Assembly (NCBI GenBank): GCA_025603075.1
Contig: MU626269.1
Coordinates: forward strand, 145,838-209,837
Direction of reading: 5' to 3'
DNA: 64,000 nt
From: Neoconidiobolus thromboides FSU 785
Lineage: Eukaryota > Fungi > Entomophthoromycota
A program made the position numbers and the translations under genes. Below the pieces are notes generated by a model. The model ran no database searches and was not told the DNA's origin. It worked only from the letters and a program-made list of their open reading frames with translations. Shown one piece after another: positions 12,681 to 25,155 of the stretch (within the stretch, counting starts at the first letter, position 1; the number at the start of each line of letters is the position of its first letter).

Positions 12681-13383
12681 AATTTGATTACCGTTTTTTA
12701 ACAAAAGTATTATTATTTAATTTTTTTCAACTCTAATTTATCTCCAAAAGTTTAAGTGGATATGTTCTTTCTTAGCTATTTTCTCTTATAAAATAAATAT
12801 TTATATATAATATAGACTGGATTTAGTGCTCAGGGTATTAGGACTTTTCACTTTTGTTGGCTATAGAGTTAGCTTAATGCTAGAACTTTTTAAGTATATT
12901 TGAAATAATTGAATTATTTAATCTATTAAATATTGGAAATAGAAATTCAAACGATTAAAATACGAATCGAAAAATTCGAGTGATTATTACAAGCTTTCAT
13001 ATTTAGTCTATAAACTAAATGGAAATGAATTGTCTGGTTACTTAGCCCCTTTTTATTCTTGAAGTTCTTTAATACAATTACTATCTTACACTAATCTCCT
13101 AATTTACGAATATTTCACGTACATTGGTTTAAACTGCTTGAACTCAAAAGCGGTAATAAATATATATATAATTTCTTTTTCATCTATTTAATTTATTTTC
13201 AAACAAATAATTGCATATTTCCATATTGAAAAATGAGCAATAAATAAATAAATTTGTCAATCTATTGTGATACCCAAACCCAAGAGAAAAAGGACATTAT
13301 TCTTATTTGTAACATTGGCAATAGCTAAGAATAACTTAATTTATTAAATTTCATTAATAGAACTAACAAGTCATAACTCCGAA

Positions 13384-13488
13384 TATATGGGGGTGTATTT
13401 TTGTGTTTAAGAATTTTACTAATAATTTTTCCACTCAAATAGCGCTTAAAAAATAGAAAAAGTGAAGCCAAAAAAAACATCCACATAT
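13384..13488 (+). mobile_element. MITE family A copy 3
   Basis: ATATGGGGGTGTATTTTTG...ACATCCACATAT with the same internal sequence. Confidence 0.9.
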
Positions 13489-13696
13489 TTTAGATTTAAT
13501 TCATCTTTTATGACCATGGATAGTAATAATAGTTTGAAATAGTAGAGCTATAAAAAATACAATAATGTGTAAGTAGAAATAGTATCAAATAATATCATTG
13601 AATTTATAAAACTAAAGAAATGAATCGACATTTTAATACTTTAAATTAAATTTCAAACTTTTTATCTATTTATTAACTATTAACTATAGACTTGAT

Positions 13697-14705
13697 AAAT
13701 TGTTTATACCATTTCAACTAGTGATTTCATTTCAGTATCTTTAAACTATAAACTACATGGCATATGGATAATAAAACAATAATAAACAAATTTGGCGCAC
13801 AGATACAACACATTACTTTGAACTATGTAAACAATGGTAACTAAAGAAAATAATGAAAAAATAGCGGCTACTTAAGCTCTAAAACTTAAAGAGAAAGTAT
13901 CGAGGAATTAATATAATAGTTTATGCTCTTAATTATTCACAACACCAGACTATACTGTAGTTAATGAAACAATAGATTTACCAGAGCGGTTAGTACTAAA
14001 AATAGTAGTTATTTATTTCATAATGTTAAGGTAAATTGCATATGGGAGTGTTTTTTTTGACTTCATTATTTTTTCCATTTTTAAGCGCTATTTAAGCGGA
14101 AAGTTTGTTAGTAAAACTTCAAACAAAAAAATACAGCCCCATATTGTTCCTAACTAAATTAAGATTGAACTTGGATTAGATTTATTATAGAAAATAATCT
14201 ATTTGCTTTTAAAATTGTATCATCTTATAGAATACATTGTATACCAAAATATGGAAAACAGATAACGCTTTAAACACACTTTAAAACTATCTTTCAAAAC
14301 CAAAGGTAGCAATAACAATTTAAATAATAAAGATACATGAATAAAATGAATTTAAAGGTTCTAAAAAATAATGAAATAAAAGAGGGATAGTAATTATTAA
14401 TCTATAAACTTAAAAAAGTAGGCTAAAGGTTTATTATTATAAAATAACTCACGATTCAAAGCTTTTTGTCTGCTAACTTTCTTTATTAGCTATAAGCTTA
14501 ATAAATTGGTTATATCATTTCAGTATAATCAAGCTAGGAGCTAACGTCATGTGGATAATAAAACGGGGACCAAAAACCAAACTTAACAAATAGATGCATC
14601 TAATAAGCTTCAAAGCATATAGCATAATGGTATTTAAAGAAGATAATGAAGAAAGCAGCGGCTATTTAAGTTCTAGACTTTGAAGAGAAAGTTTTGAAAA
14701 ACTAA
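13697..14705 (+). repeat. Degenerate ~210-bp direct repeat (13697-13915 and 14503-14705)
   Basis: Collinear shared blocks catttcagtat, tggataataaaac, aatggta..taaagaa.ataatgaa.aaa..agcggcta.ttaag.tcta, agagaaagt. Confidence 0.6.
14040..14143 (-). mobile_element. MITE family A copy 4
   Basis: ATATGGGAGTGTTTTTTTTG...TAAGCGCTATTT...ACAGCCCCATAT. Confidence 0.9.
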
Positions 14706-15673
14706 CTAGTTAAGTAATATCCTAAAAAACTTTAACATTGGCTATATTAGGGGTGCTAAAGCATTTAATTTAATAAAGCGCCATCATTATAAGTAGTAAT
14801 ATTTTATTAAATTCAATAGTATAGATTTATTATAAAAAATAACTTATTATTTTTGTGAGGTTATATAAATTTATAGGACTTATTATATATCAGATGTTAG
14901 AGAGCGGATAATACTTACAAGAGACCCATAAAAAAGATGGGAAACAATTTATCAATAGGATACTACAGTCATAAAATTATAAAATATTCATGTATGATGA
15001 TATTTTTACCGAGAAATTCCAAGAACCCGAGTGAAAATACATCCTTTCAAAACTTAAAGTTCAGTATTAAAAACTATAATCAACATTGTAATTTAACTAT
15101 AACATTATCATTTTGATGAATAATGTTTATTATTTTAATTGATAAAATTCCAATACTTTCCACATTCGTAATAACAAATAAAGAAGTATTATCAATTGAT
15201 TTTTATTTATGATTATTATTTAAGCTTTATTTGATGCCATGTCGTGAATTAATTAAATCAATTCCCTAAAAATTTATGAATGATATTGAAACTTGCCCTC
15301 TTCGGACCTTAAGCTATGATTTGAATAACCCAGCTATATATGATATTTAGCAGACAAAGGCAGGATTCAGACTTAGATAAGTAGATCATTATATCATCTA
15401 ATGATATTGCCTAATATAGCATATTTGGTTTTTGTTGCCTAATATTATATAAAATTTATTAAAATAAAATAGTTAATAGCTGAAATATATAATAGTATTT
15501 TTTTAACTTTACAACATCGATTTTATGTTGACTTAAATTTTGGATTAATTTAAAAGTATTGAACTTATTTATTAATGAATAAATAAAATAAAATCGAAAC
15601 TTTAATATTATATCTAAATTCTTAATAATAATATATATTAAATTATTTAGGTAAGATACTAAGTGAAACAAAT

Positions 15674-15747
15674 GTTTCCGTGGTGTAGTTGGTTATCACA
15701 TCTGTCTAACACACAGAAGGTCTCCAGTTCGAATCTGGACGGAAACA
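15674..15747 (+). tRNA. tRNA-Val (anticodon AAC)
   Basis: GTTTCCG/CGGAAAC acceptor stem, TCTGT-CTAACAC-ACAGA anticodon arm, GTTCGAATC T-loop, no intron. Confidence 0.97.
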
Positions 15748-16045
15748 AATGATTTTTTTTCTTTGGTTGAATAATTAATATTGACTTGGTGTATTTTTAA
15801 CAGTTATTAATACTAAAATTTTTAATCCCAATTTGAATTTGTGAGCTTGCATGAGTATACAAATAAGTTGCCCACTTACTAGCAGTTAGAGTAAAAATAC
15901 TGATGATTGGGCAAATAATTCACATACCCATACCAGCTTAAATCAGAATCATTCAGCATTAAAATAATATGTATAGTTATAGAATTACATTTAGTTAATC
16001 TTTATTTTATTTATAGAACTTATTTTATTTAACAGAACTAATTAT

Positions 16046-16153
16046 TATATGGGGATGTATTTTTGTATTTAAGAATTTTACTAATAATTTTTCCATTCAA
16101 ATAGTGCTCAAAAAATGGAAAAATAATGAAATCAAAAAAAAACAGCCTCATAT
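16046..16153 (+). mobile_element. MITE family A copy 5
   Basis: ATATGGGGATGTATTTTTG...ACAGCCTCATAT. Confidence 0.9.
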
Positions 16154-16369
16154 CTTAAATCTTAAATCATTCGTTGGTAAATAGTTTAATAATCTATATA
16201 TTTAAACAATCTATATATTTAAACATAACCCTTGTAATAAATATTGACTTTATAACTAAGCTTTAAATGTTATCCCTGTTTATGTTATTATCGTGATGTA
16301 CTTCTGGCTGTTCAATGAATTAACTAAAAGTCTATTACAGTATTTATTTACCAGATCAAAAGATAATAA

Positions 16370-16553
16370 ACTGGATAACATTAATAGTATTGATACAATA
16401 AATATCCCAAGGTTTATAACCAATCAAATGTTTAAATTCTGAGATCCACCAATTGTTCTTGTTTTTCAACTATATCTACATTTATCTAAAACCCACAAGG
16501 TTCAAATTTACTAAAAACTTTCCTCCCTAAAAAAAAGTAAAAACATAGTATTT
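16370..16553 (+). promoter_or_regulatory. Upstream region duplicated with U6 (also 26974-27158 on minus); candidate Pol III upstream promoter
   Basis: ~185 bp upstream of both U6 copies align at roughly 92% by hand; promoter function is inferred. Confidence 0.5.
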
Positions 16554-16584
16554 GTCCCTAGGGGCAACCTTAGGGACACTTGAC

Positions 16585-16615
<31 letters not shown>

Positions 16616-16678
16616 GGCCCCTGCACAAGGATGACACGTAAATCTTGAGTGGACACCCTCTTCGGAGGACTTTTTTTT
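16554..16678 (+). ncRNA. SNR6: U6 spliceosomal snRNA, copy 1
   Basis: AAAATTGGAACGATACAGAGAAGATTAGCATGGCCCCTGCACAAGGATGACACG is the U6 core (ACAGAGA box, AGC triad, ISL); 10-bp 5' stem-loop; T8 Pol III terminator at 16671-16678. Confidence 0.98.
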
Positions 16679-16930
16679 ACATTGAGTTTTAGGGATGATA
16701 AAAGTAAATGTGAGGAAAAAGTAATAGAATGTGAAGTGATAACAAGAGTTCAAATTCATTTTCAAAAAAAGGTAGCTAAAATAAGCATCTATTTTTTTAT
16801 GAAGTTTTTTTGTTATCAAAAACGTATTAGAAATAGGGCTAGTAATTATTTTTTTTAATGAGATAATATTTTGATAGTAATAAATTAAAAACAAACGCTT
16901 TAAAGCAAACTTTTTATTTCCAACTTATCT

Positions 16931-18025
16931 TCATTCTGTAACCCTCCTATTAGCCACTTGGGAAGGAAATGTAATATCCACGACTCTAAAAGGATCTGGT
17001 GCATTCCATTCACAATACGAAATACTGCCTTTTTTCTTTTTGGAATCTAAATCATTATAACATGGTTTTTCTACTCCAATTCTAGCTTCATAGACTTTAC
17101 GATGACTACGAATAGTACAAATAATTACAGTAACTATAATAGCTATAGTTATAATAAGACTTAATATTATACTTAGTATTAAAATCAATTGATCATTTTT
17201 AGATGAGGGTGGAGAGGGCGTAATGGTTGGTATTGATATCGTAGTTATTTGCTTTTCATTAGTTATTAAATTTAAATTAGTTTTAATATTTAAATTTAAT
17301 GTAGTTAAATTTTCATGTTTATTGAAATAACATAGACTTTCTTTAGGTTGATAATTGGACAATGTTAAGTTTAACGTGGTAGCTTCAAAAGTGTTAATAT
17401 TCCATAATGTAAAATTGGAGTTATTGATATATGTTAATAAATTATCCGAATCTAATATTAATAATTGCTGGTCAATGTTATTATTTATAATCAATTTGCT
17501 ATTTCCTTGTTTTATTATGGAATACCCTAAATGACTATCTAAACTCACCCCATCTATTACATTGATTTGTAAACTCTTTAAATCTAATTGTATTAAACTA
17601 GAGTTTGATTTTAACATACCATATATTGACATTTGCTCTTTATCATTAAATTTAGTATCTAATACCCAGTCGATCTCATTATCCAAAGTTTTAATATTAA
17701 TATCATCTCCTTGTAATCTCAATATTAAATTATTACTTAATAATAATTTATTTTGATCATTAACTACTTTAACTTTCCATAAAGAATCTTCAATAGATAA
17801 TTGAGATAAAGAATATGTATTTAATTTATTTATTATATCTGAGTCCATTTCAATTTTGTATTCATTAATCACTTGTTCTCTTTTATCATAGGAATATAAA
17901 TAATTATCACCTTCTACTGGATTATTACAACCTAATATTATCTCTTTATTACGATCATTATGATTGATTGATAATTGTAATGTTGGTAATATATACATAA
18001 ATAATGCTAATAATCTAAATAACAT
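16931..18025 (-). CDS. Uncharacterised type-I membrane protein, 364 aa
   Basis: Signal-peptide-like N-terminus (MLFRLLALFMYILPTLQ), Thr/Pro/Ser stalk, hydrophobic helix LILILSIILSLIITIAIIVTVIICTI followed by a basic cytosolic tail. Confidence 0.75.
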   Translation of the reverse strand: MLFRLLALFMYILPTLQLSINHNDRNKEIILGCNNPVEGDNYLYSYDKREQVINEYKIEMDSDIINKLNTYSLSQLSIEDSLWKVKVVNDQNKLLLSNNLILRLQGDDINIKTLDNEIDWVLDTKFNDKEQMSIYGMLKSNSSLIQLDLKSLQINVIDGVSLDSHLGYSIIKQGNSKLIINNNIDQQLLILDSDNLLTYINNSNFTLWNINTFEATTLNLTLSNYQPKESLCYFNKHENLTTLNLNIKTNLNLITNEKQITTISIPTITPSPPSSKNDQLILILSIILSLIITIAIIVTVIICTIRSHRKVYEARIGVEKPCYNDLDSKKKKGSISYCEWNAPDPFRVVDITFPSQVANRRVTE

Positions 18026-21000
18026 CTTAAATAATAATTTACAATAAGAATAATAAAGTCTAAAAATTGAATAAATTTTGTTTCTATTGTACTTGAATCT
18101 ATTTTTTTATATAAATATTTTAACTACCCTTCATTCTGTAAAGGGGTAGTTACTAGTGGGGAAAGAAGAAATTTAATTTCATCCTGGAGTTAAAAATGGG
18201 GTAAAATGAATTTTAAATTTTTCTTTATTCTTTATCTATGTTAATAGAGTATTAAGGAATAATAAGATTTAATGAATATATAATTGTTTTAATTTATTTA
18301 ATTTTTAATAATGTTTTAATTTATTTTAATAGTTTATTTATTATTATTTATTTAATTTGATTTGATTTTATGTTTTAATGACTTTTTACTTTTAGTTTCC
18401 AACATTAAAATAATTTTCATTCAAATATCTAAATTTAGTTTGAAAATACCTAAAAACAAAAAGGAGTGAGAATAACTTTTCTTAAAAAATTTCATCCAAC
18501 CCACCTTAAATCCGTATCATTAAAATAAGTAGCTACAACTGTTGCAATTGGTTTGTGATAAAATTAACTGCTCATTTAGAAAACATTGACACTAAAATTT
18601 GATTATAACATAACGAATAGCTTTAATAAGTTAGATGCATAAATAGTTTAATTGCAAAAATTATTACTAGAAATATCTTAAAAGAGTTGTAATAATGTAT
18701 CCTTATTCAAACTCTCCTAATTAAAAAAAAGTATGAGGTATCCCTGTTTTTTTATTTAGTTTTAAGATATTATTTGATACTATTAATCATAGAATGAGTA
18801 TGTTTTAACCCCTTCTATAGTTTTATTATTGTTGGGTTTATTAGAGTTTTTGATTTTATTCAAAGGAATTATTTTATTTTTTTGTATTTTATAAATACAT
18901 GTCGAGGATAGCAATTATTTAATAAGGATTCGAATTTAATATAATACTTTGGAAGACAAGTTAGAACTAAACTACAGATTAGACAACAAGTGAGTTTCAA
19001 CAATTCAGAGAGTTGATATTAAATAACTTAATAAGTTATTAGTAATTACTTCATCTTCTTTTTAGAAGAACAATTTATAGTCTGTGAAAAATCGAAGTCA
19101 AAACCCTGTCAGTTATGGGTAGATAACGACTTGAAGCATTTAAGCACATAACGGAATTAATCTATTTTTTCAACAATATTTTTAGCTATTTCATTAAATA
19201 TATTGTCAAGTTTATATTTAGTTTAAGAAATAAAACGAGATTTTAGCTTCAATAATTGTTGTAAACTTTTATACTTTTACTATATTCAATTGAATTAAAA
19301 TAATAAATCTTCATTTTAAAGTTTTTATTTTTATTTGAATCGAACATTTTTCAGTTATGTTTATTATATTAAAAAACAAATAAACTATACAATTACTAGC
19401 TTTTTTTACTGAGCTTATAGAATCGGATTTGGAATAAAAAGATCAATATTAACAATATTAAGAATCATATTATTTTTGTTAAACTTCTTAAACTTCTCCC
19501 TTTCATTACTCAACTTTCCCAGAAGTATTAAAAAGGAATACTGGTTGATTGATTTATAACTCTTTTAATTTAAAATCAAACTTTTTCTATATTTTAGTTT
19601 TTTCACTAAAATATTTCTTTGTTTAGATTGAAATTACCAGATCACTTAACTTTAAAATTTACAAAACACTTACCTTTGTATAAAATTTCTAATACTGTTT
19701 TGTTTTTGTTTCAATTTTATAAAATTACATTTTGCTATTTATTTTACCTTTACTTCCTATTCTGCTAAAGTTGAAAATTCGATTAATTTTGAAATGTTAT
19801 AGAAAATAAAAATTCAATGGGATGTTAAATGTAAGATACTAGACATATTCACTTACGTGATACATATTAGATATCATGAAAATATTAGAATGATTTTGTT
19901 TTAATAAATATAAAAGTTAAAGTATAAGAATAAAGATAAATAACTTAATTCATTAATTATTTATTAATACAGCATAGAATATGGAGTTTGAATATTTAGC
20001 AATCTAAAAAAGAAAAAATAAGTAACCATAATCAAAAATGTTTTGATCATTAAATTTAAAAGATCAGACATCCAAGGAAGGTAATTGAAGTCCGTCATTA
20101 GGATACTTTTTATACGATAAAAGATAACTCAACTAAAGTTTCAGGAACACTCTTATTTCTAAGAAGCTCAACTTGCCCTCTAGGAATTTTTCTTAAATCA
20201 AAAAGTAATAATTTTCCTTACGGTGGAAACTGCGAAGTTTGAAACGAATCAATCATCATTTCGATATTGGAGTTACAAGTAAAAAAGATACTTACCATTT
20301 AGTTTAAATTAACGACACCCAAGTAGTTTTGTTACATATTTACAAGTAATTTATTAGTCATTAGACAATATTATCTATAAAAAAGTATGTTAATAAATGA
20401 ACTTAAAACAATTAAGATGTATTTTATAATAATTAATCAGTAGGTCAACTGGCTAAAGTTACATCCCTCTCAGCAAAGAGGGAGCTTGGTTATCAACATG
20501 ATCGATATGATAAATATTGAAGACAAATGGTTTTTTCATCACTTTGATAAAATTGAATTGAAATTGAGAAAATTACTTACTTTTAATCAACTATGGGGGA
20601 TAACGAAGACATTGGATTAACCCTTACAGAACACAATAAGGTGCTTTTGTAAAATGTTAAAACTGTAAAGTTAAATTGAAAAATTAGACTTCTTTTATAC
20701 TTTTTAGTAGGATTAAGTTCATTTGAATTACCCCTGTAAGCCAAATAGAAAGCTTTTAATTGGTGGAAAAAATTTTGCTCACTAAAAGATTTGGATTATT
20801 AAAGTTAAAAATTGAAATTTAATTGGTTGATGATTGGCTTTAAGAGAATCGATAAAAATGTCAATGGGATTTTATTTAAGAATAAATAATAGATTGAAAA
20901 AATTCAAAATGAATTGAAGCTTTAAGAAATTTATCAAATCCAAATTTTTAAGAATTTGAATATTAAAACGTAATGAATTCCACTTTTTATCAATTCTAAT

Positions 21001-21258
21001 TTAAAAATTTAATGACTCTATCAAAAAGAACATCCAAAAAATCAAATTCACCAAATTTAGTAATTTCAAGTTCTTATATACTTTAAATAAATGATAATAA
21101 TAGGATCTATTAATTAATTGAATTAATTAATGATAAATACCATAAAATAGTTTAATACAAATAAATAGGAGAATTAATCACTTATTTAACAATAACTTTT
21201 AATTTCTATTTTTTCAAATACTTCCACATCACTCCTCACATCGTCAACTTAACATAAT

Positions 21259-22665
21259 ATGAGCTATAAATTAAGTTTATTATTTCTCTTTCTTAGTCAC
21301 TTTTCATCAATAGTAAGTCAATTAGGCGATGAATTTAGTTTTGGCAGTTGTAATTTAGTTAAAGATCAAATTTATTATTTTGGTGGAAAACAGCAAAGTA
21401 TAAAAGAGAATTCAACAGAAGATAACAATACAATCATTAAATTAATGTTAAAAAATCATATGAATATTAATCAACCTAAAAGTATTCGAATTGAACAAAA
21501 GAAACAGGAACTCAAACTAGGTAGTAAAATAAAAAGTCAATCAATTGAAGATAAAATATATTTATTTGGTGGAGAAAATGTAAAATTTGAAGAATGTTTC
21601 AAAGTATATGATATCAAGAAGGATAAATTAGAAACAATTCAACCCTTTGATAAGAGGGAATTATTTTCAGATATTCAATTAAAAAAAGATACATGTATTA
21701 CTTCATTTATAATGGAAGCTAATAAAGAGAATATTATATTAATTGGCGGTAAATATAAGGATAATAAAAATAAAGAATATTTAATAAATAAAATAATTAA
21801 TTATAATATTAAGTCAAAGAAATGGAGTTTATTTAAAACTAATTTTACAACAACAGAAGCAACATCAGTTTTATATCAAGATCAAATCTATTTATTAGGT
21901 AATAAAGGATTAGATAATAAATTAATGTTTGGCTTAGATAAATTAGTTAGCTATAATTTAAAAAATAATAAAATTAATATAGAACAAATTGAAGTTAATA
22001 TAAAAGAAACGGATTTTACACCAGTTAATTCTATTTTAATTAAAGATCAATGTATATTATTTGATAATAATAAATATTCTTCATCAATAGTTATATATGA
22101 TTTTAAAAAGAAGAATTATATAATAAAACAAATATTAGGTTATAATTATAATAATAGTTGTTTAATTCAATATAAACAATATATTATTAATTTATTTGGT
22201 AATTTAAATAGAAATAATCCATTGAATTTACAATTCATAAATACTAATCAATATCAGTTTAGTAATCAATTAATATTAGAAGAGAATTCAATTTCAATAA
22301 AAGATAATAATACATTAATTAAGCGTAATTTTACAACTGAAGATATTAAAATAACTCGATATGATATAGCAGATTCCTCATTAGAACCTGGTTTAATTAT
22401 GACGATTTCCTTTGTTTCTATTTTTGCAAGTTTATTAGTTGCTTTTATTATAACAGTATTATTATCAAATCCAGTAGATAAATCTAATTTTAGTTATAAT
22501 CAATCTTTAAATTTTAGTAAACATAATTTATCAAATAATAATATTAATATAATTAAGAATGAAGAAAATAGTCAAGATATGAATGATTATTTAAATTGGT
22601 TAAATCAACCTAATAATAATAATAATACATTAAATATTCCTTTAGATACTTTAAATAAAAAATAA
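21259..22665 (+). CDS. Kelch/beta-propeller-like type-I membrane protein, 468 aa
   Basis: Signal peptide; repeated IYYFGG, IYLFGG, IILIGG, IYLLG motifs with YD/W spacing; TM helix LIMTISFVSIFASLLVAFIITVLL. Confidence 0.75.
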   Translation: MSYKLSLLFLFLSHFSSIVSQLGDEFSFGSCNLVKDQIYYFGGKQQSIKENSTEDNNTIIKLMLKNHMNINQPKSIRIEQKKQELKLGSKIKSQSIEDKIYLFGGENVKFEECFKVYDIKKDKLETIQPFDKRELFSDIQLKKDTCITSFIMEANKENIILIGGKYKDNKNKEYLINKIINYNIKSKKWSLFKTNFTTTEATSVLYQDQIYLLGNKGLDNKLMFGLDKLVSYNLKNNKINIEQIEVNIKETDFTPVNSILIKDQCILFDNNKYSSSIVIYDFKKKNYIIKQILGYNYNNSCLIQYKQYIINLFGNLNRNNPLNLQFINTNQYQFSNQLILEENSISIKDNNTLIKRNFTTEDIKITRYDIADSSLEPGLIMTISFVSIFASLLVAFIITVLLSNPVDKSNFSYNQSLNFSKHNLSNNNINIIKNEENSQDMNDYLNWLNQPNNNNNTLNIPLDTLNKK

Positions 22666-22880
22666 GTTAATTAAATAAAATATTATTATTTTATATTTAT
22701 ATATATTATATATATTATATTTATTCTTTTTTTATTTATTTTTATCTTTATTTTTAATAGTTTTATTTAGTAAATAATACGAATTTAATGATTAATTTTA
22801 ATTCACTAAAAAATGACTACATCATTTAATAAACCCAAAGGTTGATTCTTTTTTTCATTCCTTCTTAAAAAGAAAAGAAA

Positions 22881-25078
22881 ATGTTATTAAAACGTCTACA
22901 ATCTCATTCAACACTAGTAAAACGTAACTTTCAACCGAAATCTTACTTTCGATTCATCCATAATATTCCACTTTCTAATCATATTAATCAATTTGAATCT
23001 ATACTTTCATCAACACAAATAATTTATAATGATAAAGAAAGATTATCTACTTATAATTTAGATTGGATGGGTAAATATATTGGAAATTCTTCTTTAGTAT
23101 TATTACCTAAGACTACTCAACAAGTATCTGAAATATTAAAATATTGTTATGAAAATAAGTAAGTTATTATAATAAAATAATAAAATAATAAAATAATGAA
23201 TTAATATTAATGATGATTTTTATAGTTTACCAGTAGTACCCCAAGGAGGTAATACTGGTTTGGTTGGTAAGTTATAACTTGGTTTTCATTTAATGTCTAT
23301 TAGCTCTCTTATTTATTTATCCCTCTTTTACAGGAGGCAGTGTTCCTATTGGAGAAGAGATCATCTTATCTTTAAGTAAAATGAATAAGATTTTAGATAT
23401 TGATACAGTAAGTGGTAACATAACATGTGAAGCTGGATGTATATTGGAAACTTTAAATACAACTTTAAATAAAAATGGATTAATGATGCCACTAGATTTA
23501 GGTGCTAAAGGAAGGTAAGTTTTAAAATAAAAGCTAGATTTTCTGATTTATTATCATTTAAATGGATTAATTAATTTTTTAAAATGTTGTTTATTCTGAT
23601 CAATATTATATTATATTAATGAATATATTATTTATTTTAGTTGTCAAATTGGGGGTAATTTATCCACTAATGCAGGTGGATTAAGGTATCTTCGATATGG
23701 TTCTTTACATGGTAATATATTAGGCTTAGAAGTGGTAAATAGTTATTACTCTATACTTTATTAAATCAAATTAAATTAAATTAATATAGGTATTAGCTAA
23801 TGGGACTATATTAAATAATTTATCTACATTAAGAAAAGATAATACAGGTAAATAAAATAATATACAATAATCATACTTAATAATAATATATTTGTTTTAT
23901 AATTAAAATTATATAGGTTATGATCTTAAACAATTATTTATTGGTTCAGAAGGTACTCTTGGTGTTATAACAAAAGCTTGTCTAATTACTCCACCATTAC
24001 CAAAGGTAATATTAAATTAATAATATATTAATGATAGTATAAAATAGAATAAAATTACATTATAGGCCATCAATATAGCATTGTTGGGGATTCATGATTT
24101 TTCAAAAGTAATGGAATGTTATAAATTAACTCGAAGTTATTTAGGAGAAATATTATCAGGTAAATACTATTATCTATATTCTATTATTCTATTATTCTAT
24201 TATTCTATTATTCTATTATTCTATTATTCTATTATTTATTTTATTATTCTATTATTTTTATATATTAATTATTTAATATTTCAATTATTTAGCATTTGAA
24301 TTTTTTGATCAAGATAGTTTAAGTTTAGTTAAAAAAAACTTTAATTTACCCTCTCCGTTAACAGATGATTTTCCATATTATATTTTAATTGAAACTCATG
24401 GCTCAAATAAAGAACATGATGATGAGGTAAATATTATATTAGTTATAATATTTATATTTATATTTATTTTAGAAATTAAATAAATTATTAGAAGTATTAA
24501 TGGAAAAAGAAATAGCATCAGATGGTACATTAGCACAAGATTATCAACAGGTAATTTTAATTTAAAATAATCATACATAATTGATAATTAATATAATCAA
24601 GATGAATAAATTATGGAAATATCGAGAAGATATCTCTGAATCTGTTGTTAAACATGGGCAACCTTATAAATATGATTTCTCTGTACCTTTACCCTATTTT
24701 TATGAAATTGTGTTAAAAGTAAGAGAATATCTCAAATCTAAAGGGTATTATTTAGGTTATAATCATCCAGGATCTCCAGTAAATGGGGTAGTTGGATTTG
24801 GACATATCGGTGATTCGAATTTACATTTAAATATTACTGTGGATAGAAAGTATTTGAAAGAAAATGAAAATTTAGATTTTAAAAAAGTATTAGAACCTTT
24901 TGTATTTGAACTAGTAAATAAATATAAAGGTTCAATTTCTGCTGAACATGGTATGGGTCAACAAAAAAATAAATTTATGAATTATTCTAAGAGTGAACAG
25001 AATATTGAAATAATGAAATCGATTAAAAAGTTGTTAGATCCGAAAAATATATTAAATCCAAACAAAGTATTACCTTGA
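22881..25078 (+). CDS. DLD2: FAD-linked D-2-hydroxyglutarate / D-lactate dehydrogenase (Dld2-like), multi-exon
   Basis: [113 protein letters not shown] across GT-AG introns. Confidence 0.95.
24175..24255. repeat. (CTATTATT)n microsatellite inside a DLD2 intron
   Basis: Tandem 8-mer tattattc repeated about 7-9 times. Confidence 0.85.
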
Positions 25079-25155
25079 GATTCAGAATTTTTTTTGCTAA
25101 AAATGAAATAAACAAATTTATCAAAGAACAGAATAAATCAATATGATTTTTATTT

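Noticed and set aside
14890-15450. Protein-looking translations with several stops (also 19400-20700, 27600-27860, 45600-45850)
   Set aside because: Stop density is close to that expected for ~80% AT DNA, and I could not assign any family.
16511-16894. ORFs 16511-16894 (-) and 16649-16858 (+)
   Set aside because: They overlap the U6 gene and are shadows of its GC-richer sequence.
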